Origin: Macrostomum lignano
Lineage: Eukaryota
DNA length: 64,000 nucleotides
Direction of reading: 5' to 3'
Assembly (NCBI GenBank): GCA_002269645.1
Contig: NIVC01001388.1
Span: 62,001 to 126,000 of the forward strand
The number at the start of each line of letters is the position of its first letter. The stretch's first letter is position 1. Position numbers and translations under genes: made by a program. Positions 21,441-33,800 of this stretch are shown here, in pieces. The notes under the pieces are model-generated. The model saw nothing but the letters and a program-made list of their open reading frames with translations. It ran no database searches and was not told the origin of the DNA.

Positions 21441-21930
21441 TCAGAACACACGGAGGACATGTCCCGCGCCACTGTGTTGGAGTTGAATGTTGAGGTTGGG
21501 GGAATGCGCTTTAATGTACAGCGCTTCAAGTATCTGGAGTTTGGAGTCATATGAGCATTGATCTATGACTTTGAAGCGCTCTTCGGGTTTGCAGTTGGAG
21601 CAACTATTACACTCTAGGAGATGGGTTTGGATAACCGACGGTTTCAGCCAGTGCTCCCTGATTCTAGTGTGCAGGTGCCTTTTTGTCTTCCCCACGTAGG
21701 AGACGCTCTGGTCATCAGAGCAGTTGAACTGATAAACGACACCAGCACGAAGAGCACAGGGAACACGTGAATTCAACCGGTTACAGTTCACCTGCCTGAT
21801 GTGCACCTGTTAGTCCAGGTGTTACAGACACTGAAAGCTCTGTGGAGCAGACATCTAATCAGGCCGGATTTCCATTGTCTTGGACATAAAGTATTGAAGT
21901 TGAGAATGAGATTGGTAAACGTGCTGCTCC
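21441..21930 (-). mobile_element. Penelope-like retroelement 3' fragment (RT thumb remnant plus GIY-YIG endonuclease)
   Basis: GVVYQFNC...YVGKTKRHLHTRIREH...LEALYIKAHSPNLN. Upstream in another frame, NFNTLCPRQWKSGLIRCLLHRAF. Confidence 0.88.
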
Positions 21931-22055
21931 CTACTCCCATTACCCAGCCACTCCCTTCTCCCTTCACCTCGCCGCTCCCTACTCCATTCCCTTCACACAG
22001 TTTAAGTGATTATCATGCAGATTGGAGCGATTCTCATGTACAGTGGAGCGACGAT

Positions 22056-22104
<49 letters not shown>

Positions 22105-22135
22105 TTCTCTTTCTCTCTCTCTCTCTCTCTCTTAC
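22056..22135. repeat. (TC)n microsatellite
   Basis: Directly visible. Confidence 0.95.
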
Positions 22136-22282
22136 TCACTCACACGCACACACGCATACAACTTTTGCGAATAATTAAACTAAGATATGTTATTACCAAC
22201 TTATCATAGATATTTACAATCTGTTTGTCAAATACAAACGATAACTTTGCACCGCTTGTCATCTTAATCTCGACACACATCA

Positions 22283-25200
22283 ATGGCTTTGCAACTCGGC
22301 AACCTGCCGCTGGAAAAGCCGGAGAGGGCGCAAACATGGCTGACTGCCTTCCAAGCGTTGGCCAGAGCCAAAGGATGGACTGACACTGCAGAAAAGAAAT
22401 GCATCGCTGACAATTTCCTAGCTTGCTGCGGTTTGACTGCACTTGAAAAATTGCAAGATCTTGTGTCTCTACGACTGGTAGCCGACCTGTCGTTTGCGGA
22501 CATTGAGAAAACACTCCTGGACTACCTACGACCCAGAGAGAAACTGACCGTGGCGGAGCGGGCGCGGTTCTTCAACGTTCGTCAAGCGCCTAGCGAGTCC
22601 ATTGGCGACTTTGTGAGCGACTTCGTCATGCCGCAAATTCGACTCTTTACGCTCGAGCCAAAGCCCATCGGAAGAGTTGATTCGAATGGCGCTGATCGCT
22701 GGACTTCGAGACAGTCGGGAGCAGCAACGCGTGCTAGAGGCCATGCAGTTACAGGAGCTCTCAACCACGGAAATAGTAGATTTCATCCGCAATTCGGAGC
22801 AGGTAACAAACTTTTTCTCTAGTCAGAAGGAGCTCCTGAGCAGTGGAATTGCTTCTGCTATGCCATGTGCCATTGGTGCATCCTCTCCCAGCCATATCGG
22901 CGCTGAAGAAGTCTCGCTACACTTCACCAAGCAGCGTTCCGCACCTAGGATGGAATCGGCTCAACACTATAGTGCCCGGCGAACTAATTCTACCTGTTGT
23001 TATTGCGGTAGGTCCCACCTCGAAGTTAAATGTCCGGCCTACGGAAAAACCTGTATGAAGTGCGGAAAAAAAGAATCATTTTAGCAACGTCTGCAGGTCT
23101 GGAGCTACTCGTTCGCTGCACCACACGACGGCAGACCAAGGTGACCAGGGCAAAGAGCCAGCTCATTTACCGGGATCCATCATGCACCTCACCGACGCCA
23201 GTTCTGTGCACGCTATCAGCGAGACTATCGAAACGGTGGTCGTCGACGGCAGAAGCCTGAGAATGTAGGTTGATACTGGGGCGTCTGTCTCAGTGATTTC
23301 AAGTGCGCAGTGGATTTCGCTGGGTCGCCCGCAGCTGCAAAAATGCTTTCGCCGCCTTGAGGCCTTTGATGGTCACGTCATGCGTACACTGGGCAAATTG
23401 TGCACCGCTGTGCAGCTCCGAGGACGTTTGCACCCAGCAGAGCTTATGGTTGTTGCCGCAAGCAAGGCTCATGGTCTTATCGGCCATGATCTACTGCAGT
23501 CAGATAAACTCTTTCACGCCACGGCCTTGCCATCCGACAACCAGCCGGCTGTGGAACCTCTGCCGACAATTAAGGGCGTGAAAGCCAGAATGTAGCTCTT
23601 GGACGGAGCAAGGCCACAGTTTTGTAGGGCTTGGCCCGTACCAATCGCACTGGAGGCCAAGATCAACGCGGAGCTGGATCGATTGCAAATGTTAGGCGTC
23701 ATCGAGCACATTGAGGGCCCTGTCGCCTCGTCGCATGTCGTGTGGGTGAAGAAGAAGGATGGCTCCTTGAGAATGTGTGCTGACTATAGCGTACACGTTA
23801 ACGCAAAGATCCAATCAGATTCCTACCCCATTCCAAACGTCGAGACGATGTTCTCACGGCTCAATAATTCAAAGACATTCGCTACTGTAGATTTGCGTTC
23901 TGCTTATTGGCAGATCGAACTGGATGATTCCGCTCGGGATTTATCCGTAATAAACACATCCCGGGCTCTAGGGAGTCAATAGGCTTCAAATGGGGATTAA
24001 GAACGCTTCCTTCATCTTCCAGCGCACAATGGAGTCCATTTTGGGTGATATTAAAGGTCTACTCATCTACCAAGATGATATTCTCGTACACGCACCGGAC
24101 GCAGTCGTCTTGGAGAAGCGACTAGCGGCAGTCAGAAAGCGCCTCACCGAGAAGCGAGTGACTATAAACGAATCCAAGTGCATCAACTACCCATTCTAGG
24201 CTTCCGGATTTCCGCCGCCGGAATCCAGCCAGACGAGCGTCTCGTAGAGAAGATTCGCCATGTATGCGTACCGAAAAACAAGACGGAGCTCTCCCAGTTT
24301 CTAGGTCTAGTCAATTTCTTCGGACGATTGATTCCGAAATTTGCAGGCAAAACTGCTCCGCTTAACAGACTGCGAAAGGCTGGCATTCCGTTCACCTGGT
24401 CAGACGAGTGTTCCCGAGCGTTCAAAAATCTGAAAGCGGAGATTGCATCCGCGGCGGTTGTGCAGCCATACAGTCTAACTAAAGAGCTGATTCTGACGAC
24501 AGATGCGTCCAAAGGTGCACTCGCCGCCGTGGCAACGCAGGAGGGTCACCCGGTAATATACGTCTCCTGTACCCTTTCGGCCGCTGAAAGCAACTATTCA
24601 AACATCGAACGCGAAGCACTTGCAATATTCTGGGCCGTTTCCAGACTCAAGCATTTCCTACAAGGTCGCAAGTTCGTGATTCAGACAGATCATCAGCCGC
24701 TACTGCTCCTCTATGGAAGCGGGATTACGCTAAATACGTCAGCGAGGATTGGCCGCTGGGCCATGTACTTAATGCAGTTCGACTTTGACATCCGGTACGC
24801 GCGAGGGAGCAGCATTCCCCATGCTGATGCAATTTCTAGGCTGCGCTTTGACGACTGCACCTCGGATGACAAGGAGACGTTCGAAGCTATTAATGCTGTG
24901 GCTTTTGAGGCACCGGTAATTGACGCAGATAGGGTTGGAGACGAACTGAGTACTGACGCGTTCGCTCAACGCATCTTGGAGCGTGTACGCTCCGGCAATT
25001 GGAAGAGTTGCAGTCAGGCAGAGGCACCCTTTAAGAATGTGCAGAAACACTAACGCTGGAGAACGGGCTTCTCTATATACAGAGACGTGTGTTTATACCA
25101 CCGCGGCTGCGCAAGGCAGCGTTTGAGGCTATTCATGACACCCATTCAGGTGCACAAGCTTCGTACAACCTGCTCTCAGCGTCCTGCTGGTGGCCTGGCA

Positions 25201-25800
25201 TGCAGCAGGATGTAACCCAGTTCGTCCAGCGCTGCCCAGGCTGTTGCCACTTGCGACCTCGCTTGGGAAATGACAGGGACCATTGGCCGGCAGCTTCGTA
25301 CCCGTTTCAACGTATCCATATGGACTGGGCCTACGTGAAGGACGCTGGTAACATTCTAGTCATCGTTGAAACATTTTCTGGCTGGGTAGAGGCATTCCAT
25401 TGGCCTTGTCGGAATGGAACTGGCGAATCAGTTATGCAGTGCTTGCGCGCAGTGTTCGCACGCTTTGGAGTGGCCGAGCTGGTAGTGTCCGATAATGCAC
25501 CAGAGTTCATCGGTGATCCCCTCTACTCTCTTGGCTACGGGCCAATGGTGTCCATAAACTTGAATCGCCAGCTTATTATCCACAGGCAAACGGAGTGGCC
25601 GAAAGCACTGTACAGACGGTCAAAGCTGCACTGCGCGCGTGGTCAGAGAGAATTACGCACATAGTCTTCAGCCATTTTCTGCAGAAAGTGCTGCTCCATC
25701 ATCGGAACTCAGTATCGTCGCGGGGGCAATGCCCGGCCGAGATACTGTTCGGCAGAAAGCTCAGAGTGTTTTGTTTGGGACACCGTAGAAACAGACACAA
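22283..25800 (+). mobile_element. Decayed Gypsy element C (Mag-like gag-pol), many stops and frameshifts
   Basis: Gag with paired knuckles CCYCGRSH...CPAYGKTCMKCGK, protease VDTGAS (~23270), RT IYQDDILV, RNase H TTDAS, integrase HDTHSG...CPGC and VSDNAPEF. LTRs not identified. Confidence 0.88.
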
Positions 25801-26019
25801 GATCAGTTGCTTGACGTGAAGATGCCAGCGGGCGCATATTTGCTCAAGAATAAAAGAAGGGCAGAGGCTCTTCTTGAGCTTGCACCAATTATCATATATA
25901 TGGTTTCAACCATAGACTAAATTCTTAGCAGATGGATCAAAACGCAAGTGCATGCAAATATGTTACACCCCCAACAATGCCAAAAGAAGACTGTCATGCA
26001 TTGTAAAGGCGTGCAGGTG

Positions 26020-27740
26020 GTCAGGCAGGTCGTTGATGTACAGCGCAAAGAGCAGAGGGGAAAGGACACTCCCCTGTGGCAGGCCCTCGCGGAAGAGCCG
26101 CCAGCTGCTCAGCGCGCCGTCCACCCTGACGGCAGCACGACGGTCGGCCAGGAAATTGCTGAGCCAGCGGACCCCGGCCGCTGGGATACCGGCCTTGTGC
26201 AGCTTGTGCAGCAGGCCCTGCTTCCAGACGGTGTCGGATGCCCGCGGCTGTCGGCGGCATACTCACGGGCGTAGGCCTCGGCGATGTCCTTCGACTGGAC
26301 GAGCGTCTTCTGGCCCACCCGGAGCGCTGCGTCCCGCTGCAGGTTGCTATTTCTGCCGTCGAGGGAGCGGACAACTCTCCAGATCTTGGAGTGGTCGCTG
26401 TCGGCTGCCACCTCGCCGGCGAAGGTCCTCCAGCTCTCGCGTTTGGCATCGGTGATCGTCTTCTTGGCATCGGCACAGGCTCGATTCCAGGCGGGCCGCG
26501 CGCTCGGGTCGGCGGTGGCGGCGGCGGCCCGCGCGGCGCAGCGAGCCTTCACGGCGTCGTCGACCTCTGGCGTCCACCAGGCCTTCGCGGAGGGCCGCGC
26601 CCCGCGAGAGACAGACGCCTTGTCGGCCGCTTGGATGGCCGCGGTCAGCTGCCGGTTGGCCTCGTTGACCGACTCGGGCGGGCAGGCCTCCCAGACAGCC
26701 AGCCAGGGCTTCCTCGGTCCAGGCGCGGAAACTGGCCCAGTCCGCCTTCGCCAAGGACCGCCGGGCGGCGCCCGCGCGCTTGGCCGCGCCTCGGCTGTAG
26801 TGGATGGTGATGCAGATCGGCAGGTGGTCCGAGCTGAGGTCGCCTTGCACCTGCCACTCGGTCCGGATGGCGAGCGACTTGTGGCACAGGCTGACGTCGG
26901 GCGCCGTCTGCCGGGTGTTGGCGCGGCGCGGCATGTGGGTGGCGCTGCCGTCGTTCAGGACGCGCATGCCGGACACCACGGACCACTCGAAGACCGCCGT
27001 GCCCAGGTCCGACTCTTCTAATTCGGGGTCCCAGGCCGGATGGTGCGCGTTCAGGTCGCCCAGAATCACCGTGTTGACGCCGGACGGGAGGTGCTGGGGG
27101 CTGAAGAGCTGCACGCGGTCGTCGCCTTCAGCCGTTCTGATCGGCGGGATGTAGAGGCAGTGGATGTCCAGGCTCTCGACGCTCTTTTCAGAGGGGAAAA
27201 CCCGGACGCCGGCCCACTACTTGGTGACATCATCGGGGGCACTGGGGCGCTCCTGCAGCACCTCGAAGCGCAGCCCCTCGCGGATGAGGATTGCAACTTC
27301 GGTGGCGCCAGATCGCGTTGAACCCCGGCAGGCGCGGATCCTGACCCTCGGTGGTGTGGGTCTCTTGCAGACATGCCACGTCGATGTGCAGGTCCAGCAG
27401 CAGCTTGCGAAGTTCGGGCATCTTAGAGGCGACGCCCTCTGCGTTGAGTTTCAGGAGGTGCAGACTACTGGGGGCCGCGCGCGCGCGGACCGCTGGATCG
27501 AGGGGCGCCTCGCGCCGCCGGGACCCGCCGTTGAGGCTCGGCGGGCTGGTTCAGGCGTCGGCTAGTCATTTAAATCGGCAGATGGCCGCCAGATGCCAAT
27601 TGGGCGGCGAAGAGACTGCGTTGTGGTGCTGGGCCTCGGGCCCGTTGCTGACCTGCATTTCGTGGACCTTGCGGTCCTCCGGAGGGCACCTCGGGAAGGC
27701 GCGGGCCGTTGCTCTCCTGGGCTGGCCCCCACTAAGGGAG
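26020..27740 (-). mobile_element. GC-rich non-LTR retrotransposon (LINE) fragment: AP endonuclease plus partial RT, internally deleted
   Basis: DVACLQETH, VILGDLNAHHPAW, SSDHLPI. RT FDTVW...GLPQGSVLSPLLFALYINDL, joined by a deletion directly after AYAREY. Confidence 0.9.
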
Positions 27741-27745
27741 CCCAT

Positions 27746-27913
27746 TCTATGGATGAATAATCTAACCGGATCGCCAGAAGCTCGATTTTTATATAAGCAA
27801 TATATGCAGGGTGAAAGTACGGCATTCTGAGCTTCTTGTGATGCTGGTGCTTGTCTATGGCTAAGACCAAAAAAATCGAGCTTCTGGCGATCCAGTTATA
27901 TTATTCATCCATG
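27746..27913. mobile_element. MITE candidate (~168 bp) with ~44-bp inverted repeats
   Basis: ATGGATGAATAATCTAACCGGATCGCCAGAAGCTCGATTTTT (27749-27790) is inverted at 27871-27912 with 2 mismatches. GCCCAT is present on both flanks (27740-27745, 27914-27919). Confidence 0.6.
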
Positions 27914-28594
27914 GCCCATCCCACCGTGGGCTGGGTCCCGTTAACGGCTATTTTTAGCGTGGGATGGCCCCCACTCACAGACCTTATACGGTCTGTGGCC
28001 CCGCTAGTGGCGGGCCGTTAGGTGCAAGATGGATGGGGCGGAAAAATATACCGCCACCCCCCCCCACACTGCCCCCGAGCACAGTGCCGAGTGATAGAAT
28101 ATAAATCAGAGCCGAGGCTCTCCACTGCCGAGTTTAGTAAAGTTTGAGCTCAAACCTAAGAAAGGAACTCGTCTTATTTCTTCGAAGATTCTGTCTGTCG
28201 AGGCAGAGGGGTAGCAGGTGTGTAAGGTATTTAGTTGGCGTGAGAGGCCTTCAGTGACTACCGATCAACGGCCTGTTACATTTAGCATACAACAGGTAAA
28301 AAGAAAAATAGACATACCGAGTAGGTAAAATAGAGCAGACAGCATGGAGGGAGCAGGTTAGAGAGAAGAGAAGCTGCGTTGCCATGGTGTGTCCAATGCC
28401 AGCAGCAATAAATCTCATCCAGCCATCTCATCAAAATTTTCGGCCCTGCTGTTTGGCTGAATTTTTAGCGGCATTGTGCAAGTAATGCAATTCATTCATT
28501 ATTATTTTTTTAATCTGCCATCTGTATTCAAGGCGTTTTCACTTCTCAGTCCCCCCCCCCAACCGCACGTTTTTCCGCGAAGCGTGCCGCCCAG

Positions 28595-28609
28595 CAAGTC
28601 TATAAAAAG
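28595..28609 (+). promoter_or_regulatory. TATA box of three-finger gene copy 2
   Basis: CAAGTCTATAAAAAG about 90 bp upstream of the ATG. Confidence 0.7.
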
Positions 28610-28698
28610 CAGCCCAAACTCGCGCTTCTCCGCCCCAGAACGCACCTTTTCTCCTGCATCTATCCAGAATCAGTAAATCTTTACCAAGCAGCACCAAG

Positions 28699-29266
28699 AT
28701 GAACAAGTCCAGCTACATCTGCCTGGGACTGCTGGTCCTGGCCTCCATGATTGGTAAGTGACTGAATTATGTAAATGCACAGCTTGGCTCTGTCAGTCAA
28801 TCAAATCATTATCAGTCAAATCTGCTCACACGCAGGTGTCGGCCACGCCATCAAGTGCCTGCTCTATACCCACTCGGGCATTTCCGGCCTCCGCGGCACC
28901 CCCACTGTAGCAGAGTGCGGCAGCGCCGTCACCACCTGCATGAAGTACAACTATAAGCGAACCTACACCGGTTCGAGTACAAGCGTCAAGTCCGATATCA
29001 CTGGTACTGTGAGTAGAAAATTCTTGAGCTGATTGAGTTCTGTTTCAAAATTTTTGGCCCCAGCGAAAGCAGCTGCGCACTCACCGCACTCGCATTCTCA
29101 GACCTATGTAGGCTTCTGCGGCGACTGCACTGCCATTTCGTCTAGTTACGACTGCACCACCTGCAACACCGACCAGTGCAACTCCGCCTTTGCCGCTGTG
29201 CGCGCTGCCGCCCCGCTGACGCTGGCTCTGCCGCTGCTGATGGCCGCCGCCCTGCGCAGCTTCTGA
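28699..29266 (+). CDS. GPI-anchored three-finger protein, copy 2, 130 aa, 3 exons
   Basis: Exons 28699-28753, 28836-29008, 29102-29266. Protein MNKSSYICLGLLVLASMIGVGHAIKCLLY...AECGSAVTTCMK...GFCGDCTAISSSYDCTTCNTDQCNSAF...LRSF. Confidence 0.88.
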
Positions 29267-29650
29267 AAGCAGCAAGCGAACTCGAGAGTTGGAGAGAATG
29301 AAACACTTTGATGAAACACTTTGAAACACTTTGAAACACAATCTCTACAAAAAAACTTTGATAGCGTTCCCTGATACTCAAGAGTAACTTCTGTTCCACC
29401 AAACAAATTATCCAGATGTTGACCTTGTGTGGCATCAAAATTGTTTTTAGACCTAAGTTTATTTGATTTGATTTTATTAAATTCTGGAAAAATTTATCTC
29501 ATCTATATTCTTACATGTACAAGCTAAATTTACTTTTTTTAATGCTTTCTTTAAAGCCAAATACAATACAACACAGACAGCCTGTTTCTCGACTAAAATT
29601 TTTAACACTGAGTAATTGTAAATTATTGCAGAAAATGCTGTAAATATCAT

Positions 29651-30100
29651 GAGAGATTCAGAGTGAAAGTCAGGAGATTCGGAGTGAATGTCAGGAGAGA
29701 TTCAGAGTGAATGTCAGGAGAGATTCGGAGTGAATGTCAGGAGAGATTCGGAGTGAATGTCAGGAGAGATTCGGAGTGAAAGTCAGGATTTCGGAGTGAA
29801 TTTCAGGAGAGATTCAGAGTGAATGTCAGGAGAGATTCAGAGTGAATGTCAGGAGAGATTCGGAGTGAATGTCAGCAGAGATTCGGAGTGAATGTCAGGA
29901 GAGATTCGGAGTGAATGTCAGGAGAGATTCGGAGTAAGTATCAGGAGAGATTCGGAGTGAATGTCAGGAGAGATTCGGAGTGAATGTCAGAAGAGATTCG
30001 GAGTGAATGTCAGGAGAGATTCGGAGTGAATGTCAGGAGAGATTCGGAGTGAATGTCAGAAGAGATTCGGAGTGAATGTCAGGAGAGATTCGGAGTGATA
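29651..30100 (+). repeat. 23-bp minisatellite downstream of copy 2
   Basis: Same unit as 9486-10263. Confidence 0.95.
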
Positions 30101-30849
30101 GAGTTGAGATTTTATGGTCAAACTTGCCGGTTCATCTCTTCGTTGGCTCAGGGGCGCTGGCTGCCAACACGAACCAGATCGGGGTTGCTTTAGAGATGCG
30201 TGGATTAATAAACGCCCTCTGGGCCGCTGCTCAGTCGCTCAGAACTCATTGCAGAGTCACTCCATTTGAGTCTGCATGGTACTTGTGTCTTCGGGATCAG
30301 GAATCTAAGCAGAGGACGCATACATGTATGTTCTCCGTGCTGCTTCACTAATCATGGCGACCTTGTTCCAAGCTTAGAATCGCACCCGGAGTTCTCAACT
30401 CCTTTTCTCTTACTCTTTGTTAGTCTAGACAAATTGACAAGTCAAGTCATAATTGCAAGCGAAAAGAGGTGAGGAAATGATAGCTCATAGGCAAACCTTT
30501 TATTGATAATAAGCGTGCGGCAGGCAGGTGCAACGATAAATATTGAATCAATAATATTTGGGGTTAAAAGCATGCACAAATGTGCAAGTACAAACCGGAA
30601 TATGAAAGGGCATAGAAATAGCGCGTGAAGTAAACGAGAGAGAGAAAGAGACAAGTGCGGCATGCACTCACCAAGCAAAACCACAAACACAAACCCAACA
30701 CTCTTAGTAGGCAGGCTCTGAGTTTTATCTTCCGTAACTTTTCTGGAAATTGGTTTTGCTATTTTCCAGAACGCGCACTTTTTTGTAGAGATTTATTCCA
30801 ACGACTCTTGTTGTACTACAGGCATACTACAGTTTCGATCGTTACAGTG

Positions 30850-33800
30850 CCCCTGGGCTCGGCTTTTGGGGTGACCCAGGGCTCGATTCTTGGGGTGAAC
30901 CATCAGGGCTCGATTCTTGGGGTGAACCATCAGGGCTCGATTCTTGGGGTGAACCATCAGGGCTCGATTCTTAGGGTGAACCATTAGGGCTCGATTCTTA
31001 GGGTGAACCATTAGGGCTCGATTCTTGGGGTGAACCATCAGGGCTCGATTCTTGGGGTGAACCATCAGGGCTCGATTCTTAGGGTGAACCATTAGGGCTC
31101 GATTCTTAGGGTGAACCATTAGGGCTCGATTCTTGGGGTGAACCATCAGGGCTCGATTCTTGGGGTGAACCATCAGGGCTCGATTCTTAGGGTGAACCAT
31201 CAGGGCTCGATTCTTAGGGTGAACCATTAGGGCTCGATTCTTAGGGTGAACCATCAGGGCTCGATTCTTGGGGTGAACCATCAGGGCTCGATTCTTAGGG
31301 TGAACCATCAGGGCTCGATTCTTGGGGTGAACCATCAGGGCTCGATTCTTGGGGTGAACCATCAGGGCTCGATTCTTGGGGTGAACCATCAGGGCTCGAT
31401 TCTTAGGGTGAACCATTAGGGCTCGATTCTTAGGGTGAACCATTAGGGCTCGATTCTTGGGGTGAACCATCAGGGCTCGATTCTTGGGGTGAACCATCAG
31501 GGCTCGATTCTTGGGGTGAACCATCAGGGCTCGATTCTTGGGGTGAACCATCAGGGCTCGATTCTTAGGGTGAACCATTAGGGCTCGATTCTTGGGGTGA
31601 ACCATTAGGGCTCGATTCTTGGGGTGAACCATCAGGGCTCGATTCTTGGGGTGAACCATCAGGGCTCGATTCTTAGGGTGAACCATTAGGGCTCGATTCT
31701 TAGGGTGAACCATTAGGGCTCGATTCTTGGGGTGAACCATCAGGGCTCGATTCTTGGGGTGAACCATCAGGGCTCGATTCTTGGGGTGAACCATCAGGGC
31801 TCGATTCTTAGGGTGAACCATTAGGGCTCGATTCTTGGGTGAACCATTAGGGCTCGATTCTTGGGGTGAACCATCAGGGCTCGATTCTTGGGTGAACCAT
31901 TAGGGCTCGATTCTTGGGGTGAACCATCAGGGCTCGATTCTTGGGGTGAACCATCAGGGCTCGATTCTTGGGGTGAACCATCAGGGCTCGATTCTTAGGG
32001 TGAACCATCAGGGCTCGATTCTTAGGGTGAACCATTAGGGCTCGATTCTTGGGGTGAACCATCAGGGCTCGATTCTTGGGGTGAACCATCAGGGCTCGAT
32101 TCTTGGGGTGAACCATCAGGGCTCGATTCTTGGGGTGAACCATTAGGGCTCGATTCTTGGGGTGAACCATTAGGGCTCGATTCTTGGGGTGAACCATCAG
32201 GGCTCGATTCTTGGGGTGAACCATCAGGGCTCGATTCTTGGGGTGAACCATCAGGGCTCGATTCTTGGGGTGAACCATCAGGGCTCGATTCTTGGGTGAA
32301 CCATTAGGGCTCGATTCTTGGGTGAACCATTAGGGCTCGATTCTTGGGGTGAACCATCAGGGCTCGATTCTTGGGGTGAACCATCAGGGCTCGATTCTTA
32401 GGGTGAACCATCAGGGCTCGATTCTTGGGTGAACCATCAGGGCTCGATTCTTGGGGTGAACCATCAGGGCTCGATTCTTGGGGTGAACCATCAGGGCTCG
32501 ATTCTTGGGGTGAACCATCAGGGCTCGATTCTTAGGGTGAACCATTAGGGCTCGATTCTTGGGGTGAACCATCAGGGCTCGATTCTTGGGTGAACCATCA
32601 GGGCTCGATTCTTGGGGTGAACCATCAGGGCTCGATTCTTAGGGTGAACCATTAGGGCTCGATTCTTAGGGTGAACCATTAGGGCTCGATTCTTGGGGTG
32701 AACCATCAGGGCTCGATTCTTAGGGTGAACCATTAGGGCTCGATTCTTGGGGTGAACCATCAGGGCTCGATTCTTGGGGTGAACCATCAGGGCTCGATTC
32801 TTGGGGTGAACCATCAGGGCTCGATTCTTAGGGTGAACCATTAGGGCTCGATTCTTGGGGTGAACCATCAGGGCTCGATTCTTGGGGTGAACCATCAGGG
32901 CTCGATTCTTAGGGTGAACCATCAGGGCTCGATTCTTGGGGTGAACCATCAGGGCTCGATTCTTGGGGTGAACCATCAGGGCTCGATTCTTGGGGTGAAC
33001 CATCAGGGCTCGATTCTTAGGGTGAACCATTAGGGCTCGATTCTTAGGGTGAACCATTAGGGCTCGATTCTTGGGGTGAACCATCAGGGCTCGATTCTTG
33101 GGGTGAACCATCAGGGCTCGAATCTTAGGGCGAACCATTAGGGCTCGATTCTTGGGGCGAACCATCAGGGCTCGATTCTTAGGGTGAACCATCAGGGCTC
33201 GATTCTTGGGGTGAACCATCAGGGCTCGATTCTTGGGGTGAACCATCAGGGCTCGATTCTTGGGGTGAACCATCAGGGCTCGATTCTTGGGGAACCATCA
33301 GGGCTCGATTCTTGGGGTGAACCATCAGGGCTCGATTCTTGGGGTGAACCATCAGGGCTCGATTCTTGGGTGAACCATCAGGGCTCGATTCTTGGGTGAA
33401 CCATTAGGGCTCGATTCTTGGGTGAACCATCAGGGCTCGATTCTTGGGGTGAACCATCAGGGCTCGATTCTTGGGTGAACCATCAGGGCTCGATTCTTAG
33501 GGTGAACCATTAGGGCTCGATTCTTGGGGTGAACCATCAGGGCTCGATTCTTGGGGTGAACCATCAGGGCTCGATTCTTGGGGTGAACCATCAGGGCTCG
33601 ATTCTTGGGGTGAACCATCAGGGCTCGATTCTTGGGGTGAACCATCAGGGCTCGATTCTTAGGGTGAACCATCAGGGCTCGATTCTTAGGGTGAACCATC
33701 AGGGCTCGATTCTTGGGGTGAACCATCAGGGCTCGATTCTTGGGGTGAACCATCAGGGCTCGATTCTTGGGGTGAACCATCAGGGCTCGATTCTTGGGGT

